Part shown: in pieces, positions 23,792 to 36,579 of the stretch | Numbering within the stretch: position 1 is the stretch's first letter | Layout of the letters: every line of letters begins with the position of its first letter | DNA from: Leucoraja erinacea | Lineage: Eukaryota | NCBI RefSeq assembly: GCF_028641065.1 | Contig: NC_073404.1 | Coordinates: 7,750,001 to 7,814,000, forward strand | DNA: 64,000 nt | Direction: 5' to 3' | Position numbers and translations under genes: made by a program | The notes under the pieces: generated by a model | Seen by the model: only the letters and a program-made list of their open reading frames with translations | Told to the model about the DNA's origin: nothing | Databases searched by the model: none

Positions 23792-23878
23792 TTCATCCAC
23801 TAGCTTGTCGGCATTCAGATCTATGACGGAGAGCAAACGGAAATTGGTATCGCCCACTAAGCAGATCTCATGCCCGTC
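23792..23878 (-). CDS. GLOD4: GLOD4 exon 8
   Basis: DGHEICLVGDTNFRLLSVIDLNADKLVDE; AG/GT boundaries; 87 nt. Confidence 0.93.
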
Positions 23879-25125
23879 CTTGTGGGGGTAAAGAACAACA
23901 CAGCAGGATTCATTACACAGCATCTGAACAATACGTCAACCTCAGCCAAACCACTAGGATAACAAACAGTGCCCAAGCTCAACAACAAACATCCACAGCA
24001 CATCCACAGTGGGTCACGCAGCATCTATGCAGCGAATGGACAGAAGACGTTTTTAACGACTATATCTAGAAATCACTATCAATTTGGTCTTGGCTACAAA
24101 GGCGAAAAATATATTTCATATTTATTTAAGTAACAATTTCACTTACTACAACTATCTGCTAATACGATACGATAAACTTTATTCATCCCCAGAGAGAAAT
24201 TGCTTTGCCGGCAGTCACAATACACATGGTACACAAACACTTGAAATTAAAAGTGAAAACAACAAGAAAAAAGACAAGCGACTGTTGTCGTGTGCACAGC
24301 ACCTTCAGTGGAAACAGATGAATACATTTTTCACCCAGAGAGTTGTGAATTTATGGAATTCCCTGCCACAGAGGGCAGTGGAGGCCAAATCACTGGATGG
24401 ATTTAAGAGAGGGTTAGATAGAGCTCTAGGGGCTAGTGGAGTCAGGGGATATGGGGAGAAGGCAGGCACGGGTTATTTATAGGGGACGATCAGCCATGAT
24501 CACAATGAACGGCGGTGCAGGCTCGAAGGGCCGAATGGCCTCCTCCTGCACCTATTTTCTATGTTTCTATCTATGTAAACAAACACAGACTTATCCCCTG
24601 GGCAGAGGATTCTAAACTTGTGCCCCCCTCCTCCCCTCCCCCACACAGGGTCCCCCTTTGTTCTCCCACCGTCCCTCACAGCTGTCAGGGTGTCAGGCTT
24701 TATGGGGAGAAGGCAGGAGAATGGGGTTGAGGGAGAGATAGATCTGCCATGATTGAATGGCAGAGTAGATTTTAGTATAGTTTAGTTTAGAGATACAGTC
24801 AGCCCCCCCCCCCACATTAAGGACAATTTACATTTATACCGAGCCAATTAACCTACAAACCTGTACATTTTTGGAGTGTGGGAGGAAACCAAAGAACACG
24901 GAGAAAACTCACACGGTCTCTGTCTGGTGCTGCAAGCACTCATTGTGAGGCAGCAACTCTCCTGCTGCGTCACCATGCTGCCCTTGATGGGCCGAATGGC
25001 CTAATTCTGCTCCTATAACTTATGACAATAAAGTATCATTGAATCATTACTCAAAATTCCACCATGTGCAGGTCTTTGTGCTGCCAGCAAATGTCCACAA
25101 ACCGCCACAGTTACACAGTGCTTAC

Positions 25126-25239
25126 CGGATCTGCCAGTATCACAACTTGCACTGGCACCTTCCCTGGTGTGTCCAGGACCACCAATGCCATCAGTACCTT
25201 GTGTTTCTGTTTCTTCATCTTCGACTCGATAACTGACAA
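25126..25239 (-). CDS. GLOD4: GLOD4 exon 7
   Basis: LSVIESKMKKQKHKVLMALVVLDTPGKVPVQVVILADP; 114 nt; AG/GT boundaries. Confidence 0.93.
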
Positions 25240-25688
25240 CTTAACAAAACATTAGCGTTACGGTCAATCTAAAATTGTTGAGCACAGATTCAGAAAAGAC
25301 TCACCGATTCAGAAAAGACCCAATGATTACCTGGACGGGCAGTACAAGGAGACGATGGATAAGATGGGACGATTTTCTTTGGAGTGTATGAGGCAGGGGG
25401 TGGGGGGACGGGGGGGGAGACCTTATTGAAGTAGACAAAATCATGCGGGGTGCAGGAAGGAACTGCAGATGCTGGTTTAAACCAAAGATAGACACCAAAG
25501 CCAGAGGAAGCTATAATTATGACTTTTAAAAGACATTTGTACATTGGTTTGCATGGACGAGTGGGCTGAATGGCCTATTTCTGTATTGTATGACTCTATG
25601 ACCCTTCCTAAAATGTGTCAAGACTCCTACTCTTCAGACTACATTCCCCAAAAAATACAAAAGCTTTCATTTGTTGTACCTCCTCATA

Positions 25689-27313
25689 CAGTGCTCTCCA
25701 CAATGTTTGGAGCAAAGACCCATCGTTTATTTATTTGCCTCTGTACTCCACAATTTGAGATTTGTAATAGAAAAAAATCACATGCGGTTAAAGTGCACAT
25801 TGTCAGATTTTATTAAAGGCCATTTTTATACATTCTGGTTTCACCATGTAGATATTACAGCTGTGTTTATACATAGTCCCCCAATTTCAGGGCACCATAA
25901 TGTTTGGGACACATGGCTTCACAGGTGTTTGTAATTGCACAGATGTGTTTAATTGCCTCCTTAATGCATATATATGAGAGCTCTCAGCACCCAGTCCTTT
26001 CCATCACCGTTGGAAACTTTTATTGCTGTTTATCAACATGAGGACCAAAGTTGCGCCAATGAAAGTAAAAAAAGCCATTATAAGACTGAGAAACAAGAAT
26101 AAAACTGTTTTGAGACATCAGCCAAAGCTTAGCCTTAACAAAATCAACTGTTTGGAACATCATTGAGAAGAAAGAGAGCACCGGTGAGCTAACTAATCAC
26201 AAAGGGACTGGCAGGCCAAGGTAGACCTCCACAGCTGAACAGAATTTTCACTATAACAAAGAAAAATCCACAAACACCTGTCCAACAGATCAGAAACACT
26301 CTTCGGGAGTCAGGTGTGGATTTGTCAATGACCACTGTCCGCAGAAGACTTCATAAACAGAAATATAGAGCTACACTGCAAGATCCAAACCACTGGTTAG
26401 CTGCAAAAATAGGATGGCCAGGTTACAGTTTGCCAAGAAGTACTTAAAAGAAAACCACAGTTCTGGAAAAAGGTCTTGTGGACAGATGAGACAAAGATTA
26501 ATTTATGTCAGAGTGATGGCAAGAGCAAAGTATGGAGAAGGGAAGGAACTGCCAAAGATCCAAAGCATACCACCTCATCTGTGAAACACGATGGTGGGGG
26601 TGTTATGGCCTGGGCATGTATGGCTGCTGAAGGTACTGGCTCACTTATCTTCATTGATGATACAACTGCTGATGGTAGTAGCCTAATGAATTCTGAAGTG
26701 TATAGACACATCCTATCTGCTCAAGTTCAAACAAATGCCTCAAAACTCATTGGCTGGCAGTTCATTCTACAGCAAGACAATGATCCCAAACATACTGCTA
26801 AAGCAACAAAGGAGTTTTTCAAAGCAAAAAAAGTCAATTCTTGAGTGGCCAATTGATCTGAACCCAATTGAGCACGCCTTTTATACACTGAAGAGAAAAC
26901 TGATTGGGACTAGCCCCAAATGCAAGCATAAGCTAAAGATGGGTGCAATACAGGCCAGCAGAGCATCACCAGAGAAGACACCCGTCAACTGGTGATGTCC
27001 ATGAATCACAGACTTCAAGCAGTCATTGCATGCAAAGGATATGCAACAAAATACTAAACATGACTACTTTCATTTACATGACATTGTTGTGTCCCAAACA
27101 TTATGGTGCCTTGAAATGGGGGGGGACTATGTATAAACGTTGTTGTAATTTCTACATGGTGAAACCAAAATGTATAAAAATGGCCTTTATTACAATCTGA
27201 CAATGTGCATGTTAACCGCATGTGATTTGTTTTCTATTACAAATCTCAAATTGTGGAGTAGAGGCAAATAAATAAATGATGGGTCTTTGTCCCAAACATT
27301 ATGGAGGGCACTA
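25689..27313 (+). mobile_element. Tc1/mariner element with long IR/DR-type TIRs; transposase pseudogene 26038-27057
   Basis: TA|CAGTGC left end and ~225-bp TIRs with an internal ATAATGTTTGGGAC repeat. WTDETK, QQDNDPKH and DLNPIE motifs are present with frameshifts. Lies in GLOD4 intron 6. Confidence 0.93.
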
Positions 27314-27543
27314 GATAACCTCTCCCTTGACTCTCAGTCTGAAGAAGGGCCTTAGCAGGAAACATCACCTATTCCTTTTCTGCAGAGATGCTGCCCGACC
27401 TGCTGAGTTACTCCAGCATTTTGTGTCTACCTTCAAAATCCCATCAGGACAGATCCTGTTGTTCCAAGGAAGGTACAGTAAATCGCACCTTTCATTTACA
27501 ATAATGAGTGGTCATTCGCCCCTCGACTCAACCCCATCATTAC

Positions 27544-27630
27544 CTGCTTCTTCGGATAAGAGAAAGCAACTCTTCCAAATCCTGAGGCATGATCGATGGC
27601 GACTCCGATATCCTTGAGCTCCACCTTGCA
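27544..27630 (-). CDS. GLOD4: GLOD4 exon 6
   Basis: CKVELKDIGVAIDHASGFGRVAFSYPKKQ; 87 nt; AG/GT boundaries. Confidence 0.93.
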
Positions 27631-27834
27631 CTGTAACGTAAGCAAGACAACACATCATAGCCCAAAACACAAAGTTCTCCAGGAACTCAGCTGGTCAGGC
27701 AGCTTCTGCGGAGAGAAATGGAAAGGTGCTGTTTCGGGTCTCAGACGTCACTGCCCAATTGAGTTTGCTTTTCTGTTCTATAAAGAAACCTGGCCGGTCT
27801 TAAACATCAATCAACACTGGTCATGGCTCAGTTG

Positions 27835-28370
27835 GAAGCAAGACACAAAATGCTGGAGTAACTCAGCGGGATTGGCAGCATCCCTGGAGAGAAGGAATGG
27901 GTGACTTTTTGGGTAGAGACCCTTCTTCAGATTGATGTAGTCCGAGACAGTAATACTGGTGGGAGAACTGCGAAGGGGGAGGGGATGGAGAGGGAGGGGA
28001 AGCAAGGGTAATTTGAAGCTAGAGAATTCAATGTTCATACCGCTGGGGCATAAACTACACAAGTGAAATATGAGGTGCTGTTCCTCAAATTTGCGCTGGG
28101 CCTCACTCTGACAATGGAGGAGGCCCAGGACTGAAAGGTCAGATTGGGAATGTGAGGGGGAGTTAAAGTACTGAGCAACTGAGAGATCGGGTAGGTTAAG
28201 GCGGACTGAGCGGAGGTGTTCAGTGGAACGATCGCCGAGCCTGCGCTTGGTCTCGCCGATATACAGGAGTTGACACCTGGAACAGCAGATACAGTAGATG
28301 AGGATGGAGGAGCTGCAAGTGAACCTCTGCCTCACCTGAATGAGACTGTCGGGTCCTTGGATGGAGTCGA
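27835..28370 (-). mobile_element. Penelope-like element fragment with GIY-YIG endonuclease
   Basis: RFTCSSSILIYCICCSRCQLLYIGETKRRLGDR...GMN peptide, followed by the pLTR motif. Confidence 0.88.
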
Positions 28371-28459
28371 GGGGGGGGGGGGGGGGGGGAGGTAAAGGGA
28401 AAGGTGTTGCATCTCCTGTAGTTACAGGGGAGAGTACCTGGGGAGTACGCTGGGACTCT

Positions 28460-28905
28460 ATTCCCTGGAGCGCAGGAGGGTGAGTGGTGATCTTAAAGAG
28501 GTGTATAAAATCATGAGAGGAATACATTGGGTAGATGCACAGAGTCTCTTGTCCAGAGGAGGGGAAGAGTATCGAGGAACAGAGGACAGTGGTCCTCTGG
28601 TCCTCCTGAATCAAGGACCAGCGGACATAGGTTTAAGGTAAAGGGGAAAAGATTTAATAGGAATCTGAGGGGTAAAATTTTCACACAAAGGGTGGTGGGT
28701 GTATGGAACAAGCTGCCAGAGGAGGTAGGCGAGTCTGGGACTATCCCAACATTTAAGAAATATTTAGACAGGGACATGGATAGGACAGGTTTGGAGGGAT
28801 ATGGACCAAACACAGGCAGGTGGAACTAGTGTAGCTGGGACATGTTGGCCAGTGTGGGCAAGTTGAGCCGAAGTGCCTGTTTCCAGGCTGTATCACTCGA
28901 TGACT
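28460..28905 (+). mobile_element. CR1 LINE 3' fragment
   Basis: GHRFKVKGKRFNRNLRGKIFTQRVVGVWNKLP peptide. Confidence 0.8.
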
Positions 28906-30075
28906 CTGCGATGCTGAAGCAAGATTCTGTCTTTCTCTGTCACGTGGACATGAACGATGACCAGTCGAGGTTTTGAAGGCCTCTAATGGTTAACCCAGTA
29001 ATTGAGCCGCTGCTTTGCTAATCCCCTCCACAGTGACACAGTCAGTAGAACTGCCCCTTCACAGATCCAGCACCCTGGGCTCATTCAGTGCCTTCTGCGT
29101 GGACCGTGTATATTCTTCCTGAGATCTCGCCGTTTTGTCCAGGCACCCCGATTTCCTCCCGCATCTCAAAAACGCGCGGGCCGATGGTCACTGGACATTT
29201 TTGCCAGTGGTTTGTCTCTCAAGCAGTAGAATCGGGGGGGGGGGGAGAGATGATGGAAATGTGGGGAGAATAGATGGCAGGGACAAATGTGTGGGAGAAT
29301 GGGATTGCTTTGTTAGACGGCACGCATTTGATGGGGAAAAGTAGGTTCCTTCTATGTTGTGAGGAGCTCTTCCTCACAACAGGTGAGGAAGAGCTCTTCC
29401 CTTCTTCCTCCTTTTCCTGTTCCGTACTCAAACCCACAGTCAGAGCAACTTCATTTAATCGTGGAACAGCACAGGAAAAGGACATTCATCTGTGCCGAAC
29501 AATTTTTATCTGCCTGCATATAATCCATATCCCTCCATTCCATATAAATAAAGATTATTATTATTATTATTATTCCTTGCCTTTCCAAGAGTCTTGTAAG
29601 TGCCTCTATTGTAATCTGCCTCCACCGCCACACCAGGCAGCGTGTTCCAGGCACCCAACACCCTTTGTGTAAAAAACGTACCCTGCACATCCCCTTTACA
29701 CTTTGCCCTATTTCACCTGAATGCGATGCCCTCTAGTATTTAATATTTTCATCCAGAGAGAAAGGCTCTGACAGTCTACCGTACCTATGCCTTTCATAAA
29801 TCTGTCCCAAAGATAGACTCAACATGCTGGAGTGACTCAGCGGGTCAGGCAGCATCTCTGGACATTTGTCTAACCTCTTCCTGTAGCTAATACCCACTAA
29901 TCTAGACATTATTCTGGTAAATTGTCTCAGTACCCTTTCCAAAGATTCCATGTTCTTCCTGTAATGAGGAGGGGGAGGGGGGAGGGGGCAAACAAAACTT
30001 CACGCAATATTCCAAAGTGACCTAACCAAAGTCCTACAATTTGTCATCTGTCGATGCAATTTGGCCATGGCTCAC

Positions 30076-30212
30076 CTGATCATCTTCAAAACACAGCTGG
30101 ACCACCATATTGGTGTCATCTCTGTGGTAGATTTTCATCCCAAGCAGCTTGGTCCAGTAATTAAGCGCACGCTGGAGGTCTGACACAGCCAGGCTTACCT
30201 TCTGCACCGGAT
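30076..30212 (-). CDS. GLOD4: GLOD4 exon 5
   Basis: DPVQKVSLAVSDLQRALNYWTKLLGMKIYHRDDTNMVVQLCFEDDQ; 137 nt. Confidence 0.94.
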
Positions 30213-30774
30213 CTGCAGAGGCAACATGGGATCTGAGCATCACTTGACATGAAACACACACTGTTTGGAACAAACATTAAGGAATAACCCAATGGCCATT
30301 TGCTCAAACCTATCACATCAGAGCCCAGTACTCAGAGAATGCATGGGGTACTCACGATGCTTAGACCAAGCAGCCTATTGCCATACTCACATCCTGCAGT
30401 CCAATTGTAGAAGATAGACACAAAATGCAGGTCAGGCAGCATCGCTGGAGAAAAGGAATGGATTACATTTTGGGTCGAGACCCTTCTTCAGACTGACAAT
30501 CAGGGGAGAGGGAAAGTAGAGGTATGAAAAGGAACAGAACAAACAGAGCCGGCACCGATGAAAGGTGGAGCCCACAATGGTCCATTGCTGGCTGTGGAAG
30601 AGATGATAATGAAGGGATAGTGAAAACAGCATCTCTTTTCCAATTATAGAACTCGTGTCATAGAACAAGAGCGGACCTGTTGGCCGGCGCAGAGCCGTGC
30701 AAGCACACACCTGGTTGCCACCATTAACAACTGGCGGTTGGCTGAGAACGAGAACGGATATGATGACAACTGAG

Positions 30775-31120
30775 AGCATATGATCCCAGGAATTAGTGGG
30801 TTAACATATGACAAGCGTTTGTCGGCATTGGGCCTGTACTCGCTGGAGTCTAGATGAATGAGGGGAGACCTTATTGAAACATACAGAATAGTGAAAGGCT
30901 TGGATAGAGTGGATGTGGAGAGTATGTTTCCACTCATGAGTGAGTCTAGGATAGAGGTCATGTCCTCAGAATTAAAGGACATTCTTTTACGAAGGAGATG
31001 AGGATGAATTTCTTTATCAGAGGGTGGTGAATCTGTGGAATTATTTGCCACAGAAGGCAGTAGAGGCCTAGTCATTGTATATATTTTTAGGCAGAGATAG
31101 ATAGATTTTTGATTAGTACA
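30775..31120 (+). mobile_element. CR1 LINE fragment
   Basis: Degenerate LGLYSLE.R.MRGDLIETYRIVKGLDRVD coding sequence. Confidence 0.75.
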
Positions 31121-32502
31121 GGCGTCACCCATCCCTTCTCTCCAGAGATGCTGCCTATCCCGCTGAGTTACTCCAGCATTTTGTGTCTTGCTTCCAACTG
31201 AGCCGTGGCACCTACAGGTCGGCTGCAGAGGCGGTCGGGCAAAGAGAGGGATGTCAGATCGCAGGCCGACAGTAACCTGGGGCTTACCTGGATCTGGGGC
31301 GCTCCACTACTTCCAACCAGTGGAGCGGACTTGGACTATTTATTTTTAAACGGCGTCAATATACGACGACAGTCATCTTTGGCACCAGCAGTAGCCCCCC
31401 CACCCCCCCCCCCCCCCACACGTCAGTACACTGCCCGGATCTTACAGTCTCTGTTCTCACTGCCAGTCAGACATGACGCAAGGGGCCTTCTCCCCGTTTC
31501 ATTGTCCTCTGCATGGCTCTGCCCAGCCCAGAGACAAGCTCTGTAGGGAAGAACTACAGATACTGGTTTAAATTAAAGAGAGATGTAAGACATAATATGT
31601 TGGAGTAACTCAGCAGGACAGGCAGCATCCCTGGACAGAAGGAATGCGTGACGTTTTGGGCAGAGACCCTTCTTCAGACAAGCTCAATAGCAAGTGAGAC
31701 CCTGTCCTGTAAACCAGTAAAGTGATTTGCCTTGTTATTCTTCGACGGGTATAGGCATTGGTTTATTATTCATTATTGTTACTGCGGTGGAATATCTTTG
31801 GGTGCTATCTAAGTAAAAGCCTTCCCGAGCACAATCAAAAACCATGCAACAGATAATGCAAAGAGAATGGAAACTGCGCAGAATGTAGTGTTACAGCTAC
31901 AGAGAAAGTTCAGCTTAAAAAAGCGCAGAAGCCATAACAGGGTAGATTGGTGGTGGTCAGGAACACATCCTTACATCCTGTGGGAGTTCTGTTCAAGAGT
32001 CTCATAACAGCAGGGATGAAGCTGTTTTCATGAATCTGGTCATAGGGTCTCCTTGGAGAGAGGGGAGAAGAGGGAATGACCGGGGTGTGAGTGGTCCTTG
32101 ATTGTGTTGAAACAAGGAATTGCAGATGCTGGTTTACGCAAAAGGACACAAAATGCTGGAGTAACTCAGCGGGTCGGGCATCATCTGTGGAGAAAGTGGA
32201 TAGGCGACGATTTGGGTTGGGACCCTTTGTCAGACTAATGGCTACGTTGGCCCCTTTCCCTGGGCAGTGTGACGTAATGTGTGATTAACTGGGCTACACC
32301 GACAACTCTTTGCAATTTGTAGGGGCGGAACAGTGGTGAAACCAAGCTGCCATGCATCTGATAGGATGCCTTTTGTGGGGGGACTTTATAGAAATTGGTT
32401 GAACTTCCTTCTTTTCCGAACACAAGGTCAAATCCTGTGCCAACTTGTGTCAGACCTTTAACAACAATAACAGATTAAAAGTACGTCAATCTGCATCCCA
32501 AC

Positions 32503-32644
32503 CTTTCAGAGGTTGTTCTTTATCCTCCACATAGAATTTGTATCCTCCTGGGGCCTCGATTACAATCCCGTCCGGTGTTTCGATCAGTGGCCACTCTGCC
32601 TTCTTGACCTTTTCTACTATCTCTTTCGACTGAATGGTGATTCC
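32503..32644 (-). CDS. GLOD4: GLOD4 exon 4
   Basis: GITIQSKEIVEKVKKAEWPLIETPDGIVIEAPGGYKFYVEDKEQPLK; 142 nt. Confidence 0.94.
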
Positions 32645-32786
32645 CTAGGGACGGAGAGATAATGCAAGACTGGTTTTAACAACGGGGCTCTTCCGCAATT
32701 CAATTTATCGGCCTTTGACCGTGCTTACCAAACAAAAATTATATCCCAAGCCGGAAGGAAAATGGATGGTTAAGAAAGACACTTAC

Positions 32787-32907
32787 CAGGAAGTCATTGC
32801 CCAAGCGATATCCAGCCACTCCATAGTTATAAGTTAACTCAACTACAAAGTGATTTTCCTCCGCACCATAGCCAACCATGGTCTTGCTCCATTTGCCATC
32901 GTAAGGC
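32787..32907 (-). CDS. GLOD4: GLOD4 exon 3
   Basis: [40 protein letters not shown]; 121 nt. Confidence 0.96.
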
Positions 32908-33609
32908 CTGGAACACAGTGTAGAAAGTTCAGGATACTTAGTTTCTGCAGCTCACATTCTTGCACTGTCAGCATTCAACAAAGATTTTTTAAAAGCACGA
33001 TTTGCTGTGGCAGAAATAAGGCTATTCAGAGCAGGGGTGTTCAAGACATACTGTCCCTTCCCTGCACCCAATGGTGAAGAGCAGCTACAGTAATGACAGA
33101 AGATTCCAAACTCAGCTGTGGCATTGAATCGATTGAAAAATACAACATGGATATTGGCCCTACCGCCCACCCAGTCGACGCTGTCCATCGATCACCTCAC
33201 TGTCACACCCACTACCTACACAACTCGAGGCAATTTACAGAGGACAATTAACCTACAAACCTGCACCTCTTTGGGATGACGGAGGAAACCGGAGTACCCG
33301 GAGGATATCTGCATGGTCACGGGGAGAATGTGCAAACTCCACACAGTCAACACCCGAGGTCAGGATCGAACCCGGATTTTTAGCTCTACCAGCTGTGCCA
33401 CTTCATATAGTCTGGTTTAGTTGACCGGGAACTCCTGGTTTGGACACTGTGAAAATACTTTGACACCTGTATGAATAGTACACCATTGTCAGCAGCCACA
33501 GGCTGCCCATTGAATGTTTCATCCAAGAGATGGCATCTTTGACACTGCAGCACTCCCTCCCTGCATTACAGGAACAGCACCACATACTACATGCTCAAGT
33601 CCCAACAAG

Positions 33610-34395
33610 CTCCCAGAGGACTGGAGAGTAGCCTATGTTGTTCCTTGATTAAGGGAAGTAAAGCTAATCCAAGTATTATAGGTTGGCGAGCCTTACATCG
33701 GTAGTTGGGGAGCTAAGGACGAGGGTTCATCGGGATAAGATTTACGCTCACTTGAAAGCGAATGGGGTAATTAGGGACAGCCGCCATGGCTTTGCCCGTG
33801 GAAGGTCATGTCGTACAAAGTTGATTTTAGTATTTTTGAGGTGGCGACAAGGATGATTGATGAGGGTAGGGCAGTGTATGTTGCCTACATGGATTTTAGT
33901 AAGGCATTTGATAAAGTACTCCATGGGAGGCTGTTTCAGAAGATCCTTCATGAAGACAGAACCAAAGTACTTGTTTAACCAGCCTGCCATTTCCTTTTTT
34001 TCCGTTATAAATTCACCTGTTTCTAACTGTAAGGGGCCAACGTTTGTCTTCCCTATTCTTTTCCTCTTCACACATCTATAGAAGCTTTTAGTCAGTTTTT
34101 ATATTCCCCGCAAGCTTTCTGTCATGCTCTATTTCCCCCCTCTTAATTAACCCCTTCGCCCTCCTCTTTTGAGTTCTAAATGTTTCCCAATTTATATGCC
34201 TCTTCCTTGGATTTAACACTATCCCTAATTTCCCTCGTTAACCACATTAGCTACCCTGTTTTATTTTTACGCCAGACAGGGATGAACAATTGTTGTAGTT
34301 CATCCAAGCGATCTTTAAATCTCTGCCCTTGCATCTCCACCGTCAACCCTTTAAGTATAATTTGCTTGTCTATCCTAGCCAATTCCGGTCTCGTA
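33610..34395. mobile_element. Two CR1 fragments in opposite orientation
   Basis: Plus-strand piece PEDWRVA...HGFARGRSC...YMDFSKAFDKV to about 33935, then a minus-strand piece KRIGKTNVGPLQLETGE. Confidence 0.75.
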
Positions 34396-34874
34396 CCATC
34401 TGTAGGAGCCATTTATGCATAAGTTAGTTACTGTCAACTAAAACAACAGGGAGTGGGCCAGATCAGACGGGAGCTGGCACAGGAGAGAAGACACATTTTT
34501 TACCAGTTCAGATAGTAAGAACGGAAAGCTACGATTTATATAAGAATAAAGAGGATCTGGTATGTTCACTTCTTTGTTTCTCAACTTCAATAAAGAATCA
34601 ATTAAACTGGAAATAATGACTGGAAGATTCCACACCTCCCTGTCAGTGTAGTAATGGCAATCAAAAGTTGGACATTGGAAAGTTAAGAAATTGCCATTAC
34701 ACTAAAGGTAAAAACTGTGTCTTCTCTCCAGTGCCAGCTCCCGTCTGATCTGACCACTCCGTCATTTTACTTAGTTCAATGTAAGTCACGCCCATATACG
34801 TATCAAAATCCCACCCTCAAGCATACAAAACAGTAACTAACTTACGCATGAATGGCTCCTACACACTGGCCCTT
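34396..34874. mobile_element. Harbinger-like MITE with long imperfect inverted arms
   Basis: TGTAGGAGCCATTTATGCATAAGTTAGTTACTG versus CAGTAACTAACTTACGCATGAATGGCTCCTACA; inner inverted block CAGATCAGACGGGAGCTGGCAC; right end ...ACTGGCCCT. Confidence 0.75.
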
Positions 34875-34934
34875 AGTTGTTCTACGTATATAACGAAGCC
34901 AGTACTAATAAACAGTAAAAAGAGCTATAAAAGC

Positions 34935-35472
34935 TTAACATACCTGCCTTCTCTCCATACCCCCTTATCCCTTTAGTCACAAGGGCCACATCTAACTCCC
35001 TCTTAAATATAGCCAATGAACTGGCCTCAACTACCTTCTGTGGCAGAGAATTCCGCAGATTCACCACTCTCTGTGTAAAAAATGATTTTTTCATCATGGT
35101 CCTAAAAGACTTTCCTCTAATCCTTAAACTGTGACCCCTTGTTCTGAAATTCGGGAATAATCGGGAATAATCTTCCTATATCTAGCCTGTCCAACCCCTT
35201 AAGAATGTTGTAAGTTTCTATAAGATCCCCCCTCAATCTTCTAAATTCTAGCGTGTACAAGCCGAGTCTATCCAGTCTTTCTTCATATGAAAGTCCTGCC
35301 ATCCCAGGAATCAGTCTGGTGAACCTTCTCTGTACTCCCTCTATGACAAGAATGTCTATCCTCAGATTAGGAGACCAAAACTGTACGCAATACTCCAGGT
35401 GTGGTCTCACCAAGGCCCAGTACAACTGCAGTAGAACCTCCCTGTTCTTATACTCAAATCCTTTTGCTATGA
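34935..35472 (-). mobile_element. CR1 LINE 3' fragment
   Basis: LVRPHLEYCVQFWSPNLR...EGVQRRFTRLIPG peptide. Confidence 0.9.
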
Positions 35473-35499
35473 AAACATATTATCAAAAATAAAAGATAT

Positions 35500-36250
35500 G
35501 CACTATGTGTTAACATTCAAACTACTTCAGTGATTCTTCAATATTCTTCTTTGGCTTCTAGGAGCAGACATATCTTGCTTATCGGTCTTACCAAGATGTT
35601 GTTCTTAGTCTGAAGTCGTACTGTACGCACAAAACCCTTTGCCTTGGTATGATCTCCAATATTCTGCCAGGAACTTCGTGGTGCAGTTAAATCAACCGCC
35701 AAAACGATTACCTGGAATAAAGCTTCTTCTTACCCTTGACCATCATTGTCGTTCTGGGGTTCGAGGCAAGTATTCCTGTGTCCACCGTTTCCAAAAAAGA
35801 TCTGCCATATATTGTACCCGTCTCCATCTGCGTCTAATGTACAAATCCTCGCTCACAAAGAGCCCAGTGGTAGTATTGACTTGGTCTTCAACAGAAGATG
35901 ATGATTCGGTGCAAGTGCTTCCAGGTCCCTTGGATCACCAGAACTCCTGGTAATAGGTCGACCATTTAAAATTGTTTCAATTTCACAAAATAAAGTTTGC
36001 AATCCGTCATCGTCCAGAACTTGTTGTTTAAGAGCAGAGCGCAGCACATTTTGAACCATGCTGACCAATCGTTCCCAAACACCACCGTGATGGGATCCTG
36101 CTGGGGGACTAAAGTTCCACCTTATCCCTTGCTGAAGCATAGCATTCTGGATGTTATTCTGATTTAAGCCATCGAGCGCTTCTCTCAATTCTCTTTCAGC
36201 TCCGATAAAATTTGTGCCATTATCTGATCTTAAAGATGAAGCTTTAGACA
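35500..36250 (-). mobile_element. BEL/Pao LTR retrotransposon integrase fragment
   Basis: LRSDNGTNFIGAEREL...WNFSPPAGSHHGGVWERLV, typical of the Pao integrase core. Confidence 0.88.
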
Positions 36251-36529
36251 AACTCTAATTGCCTTTGAGAAGATGCATTACAATGCTAAGAACTATATTC
36301 TGCACTATCTACTCCTTTGCTTCATCTATTGTACCGGAGATTGCCTTTGGATACCACGCAAAACAAAGCTTTGCAGTGTATCTCGTTACACATGACAGTA
36401 ATAATCCCAAGTCCTTTGCATTCACTCCACAGATGCTACCTGCCCACTGAGTTACTCCAGCAGTGTTGTTTGTGCTCAATGACTTTCAATCATCCTTCAT
36501 TTCCACAAGCAACGCAAGCCTTTACTCAC

Positions 36530-36579
36530 CCATTGCAAGTAGCTTTGCAGCCTTCTTGAAATTCCTCATGTCGCAGAAC
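36530..36579 (-). CDS. GLOD4: GLOD4 exon 2
   Basis: VLRHEEFQEGCKATCNG; 50 nt; tacag/gtgagt boundaries. Confidence 0.95.
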
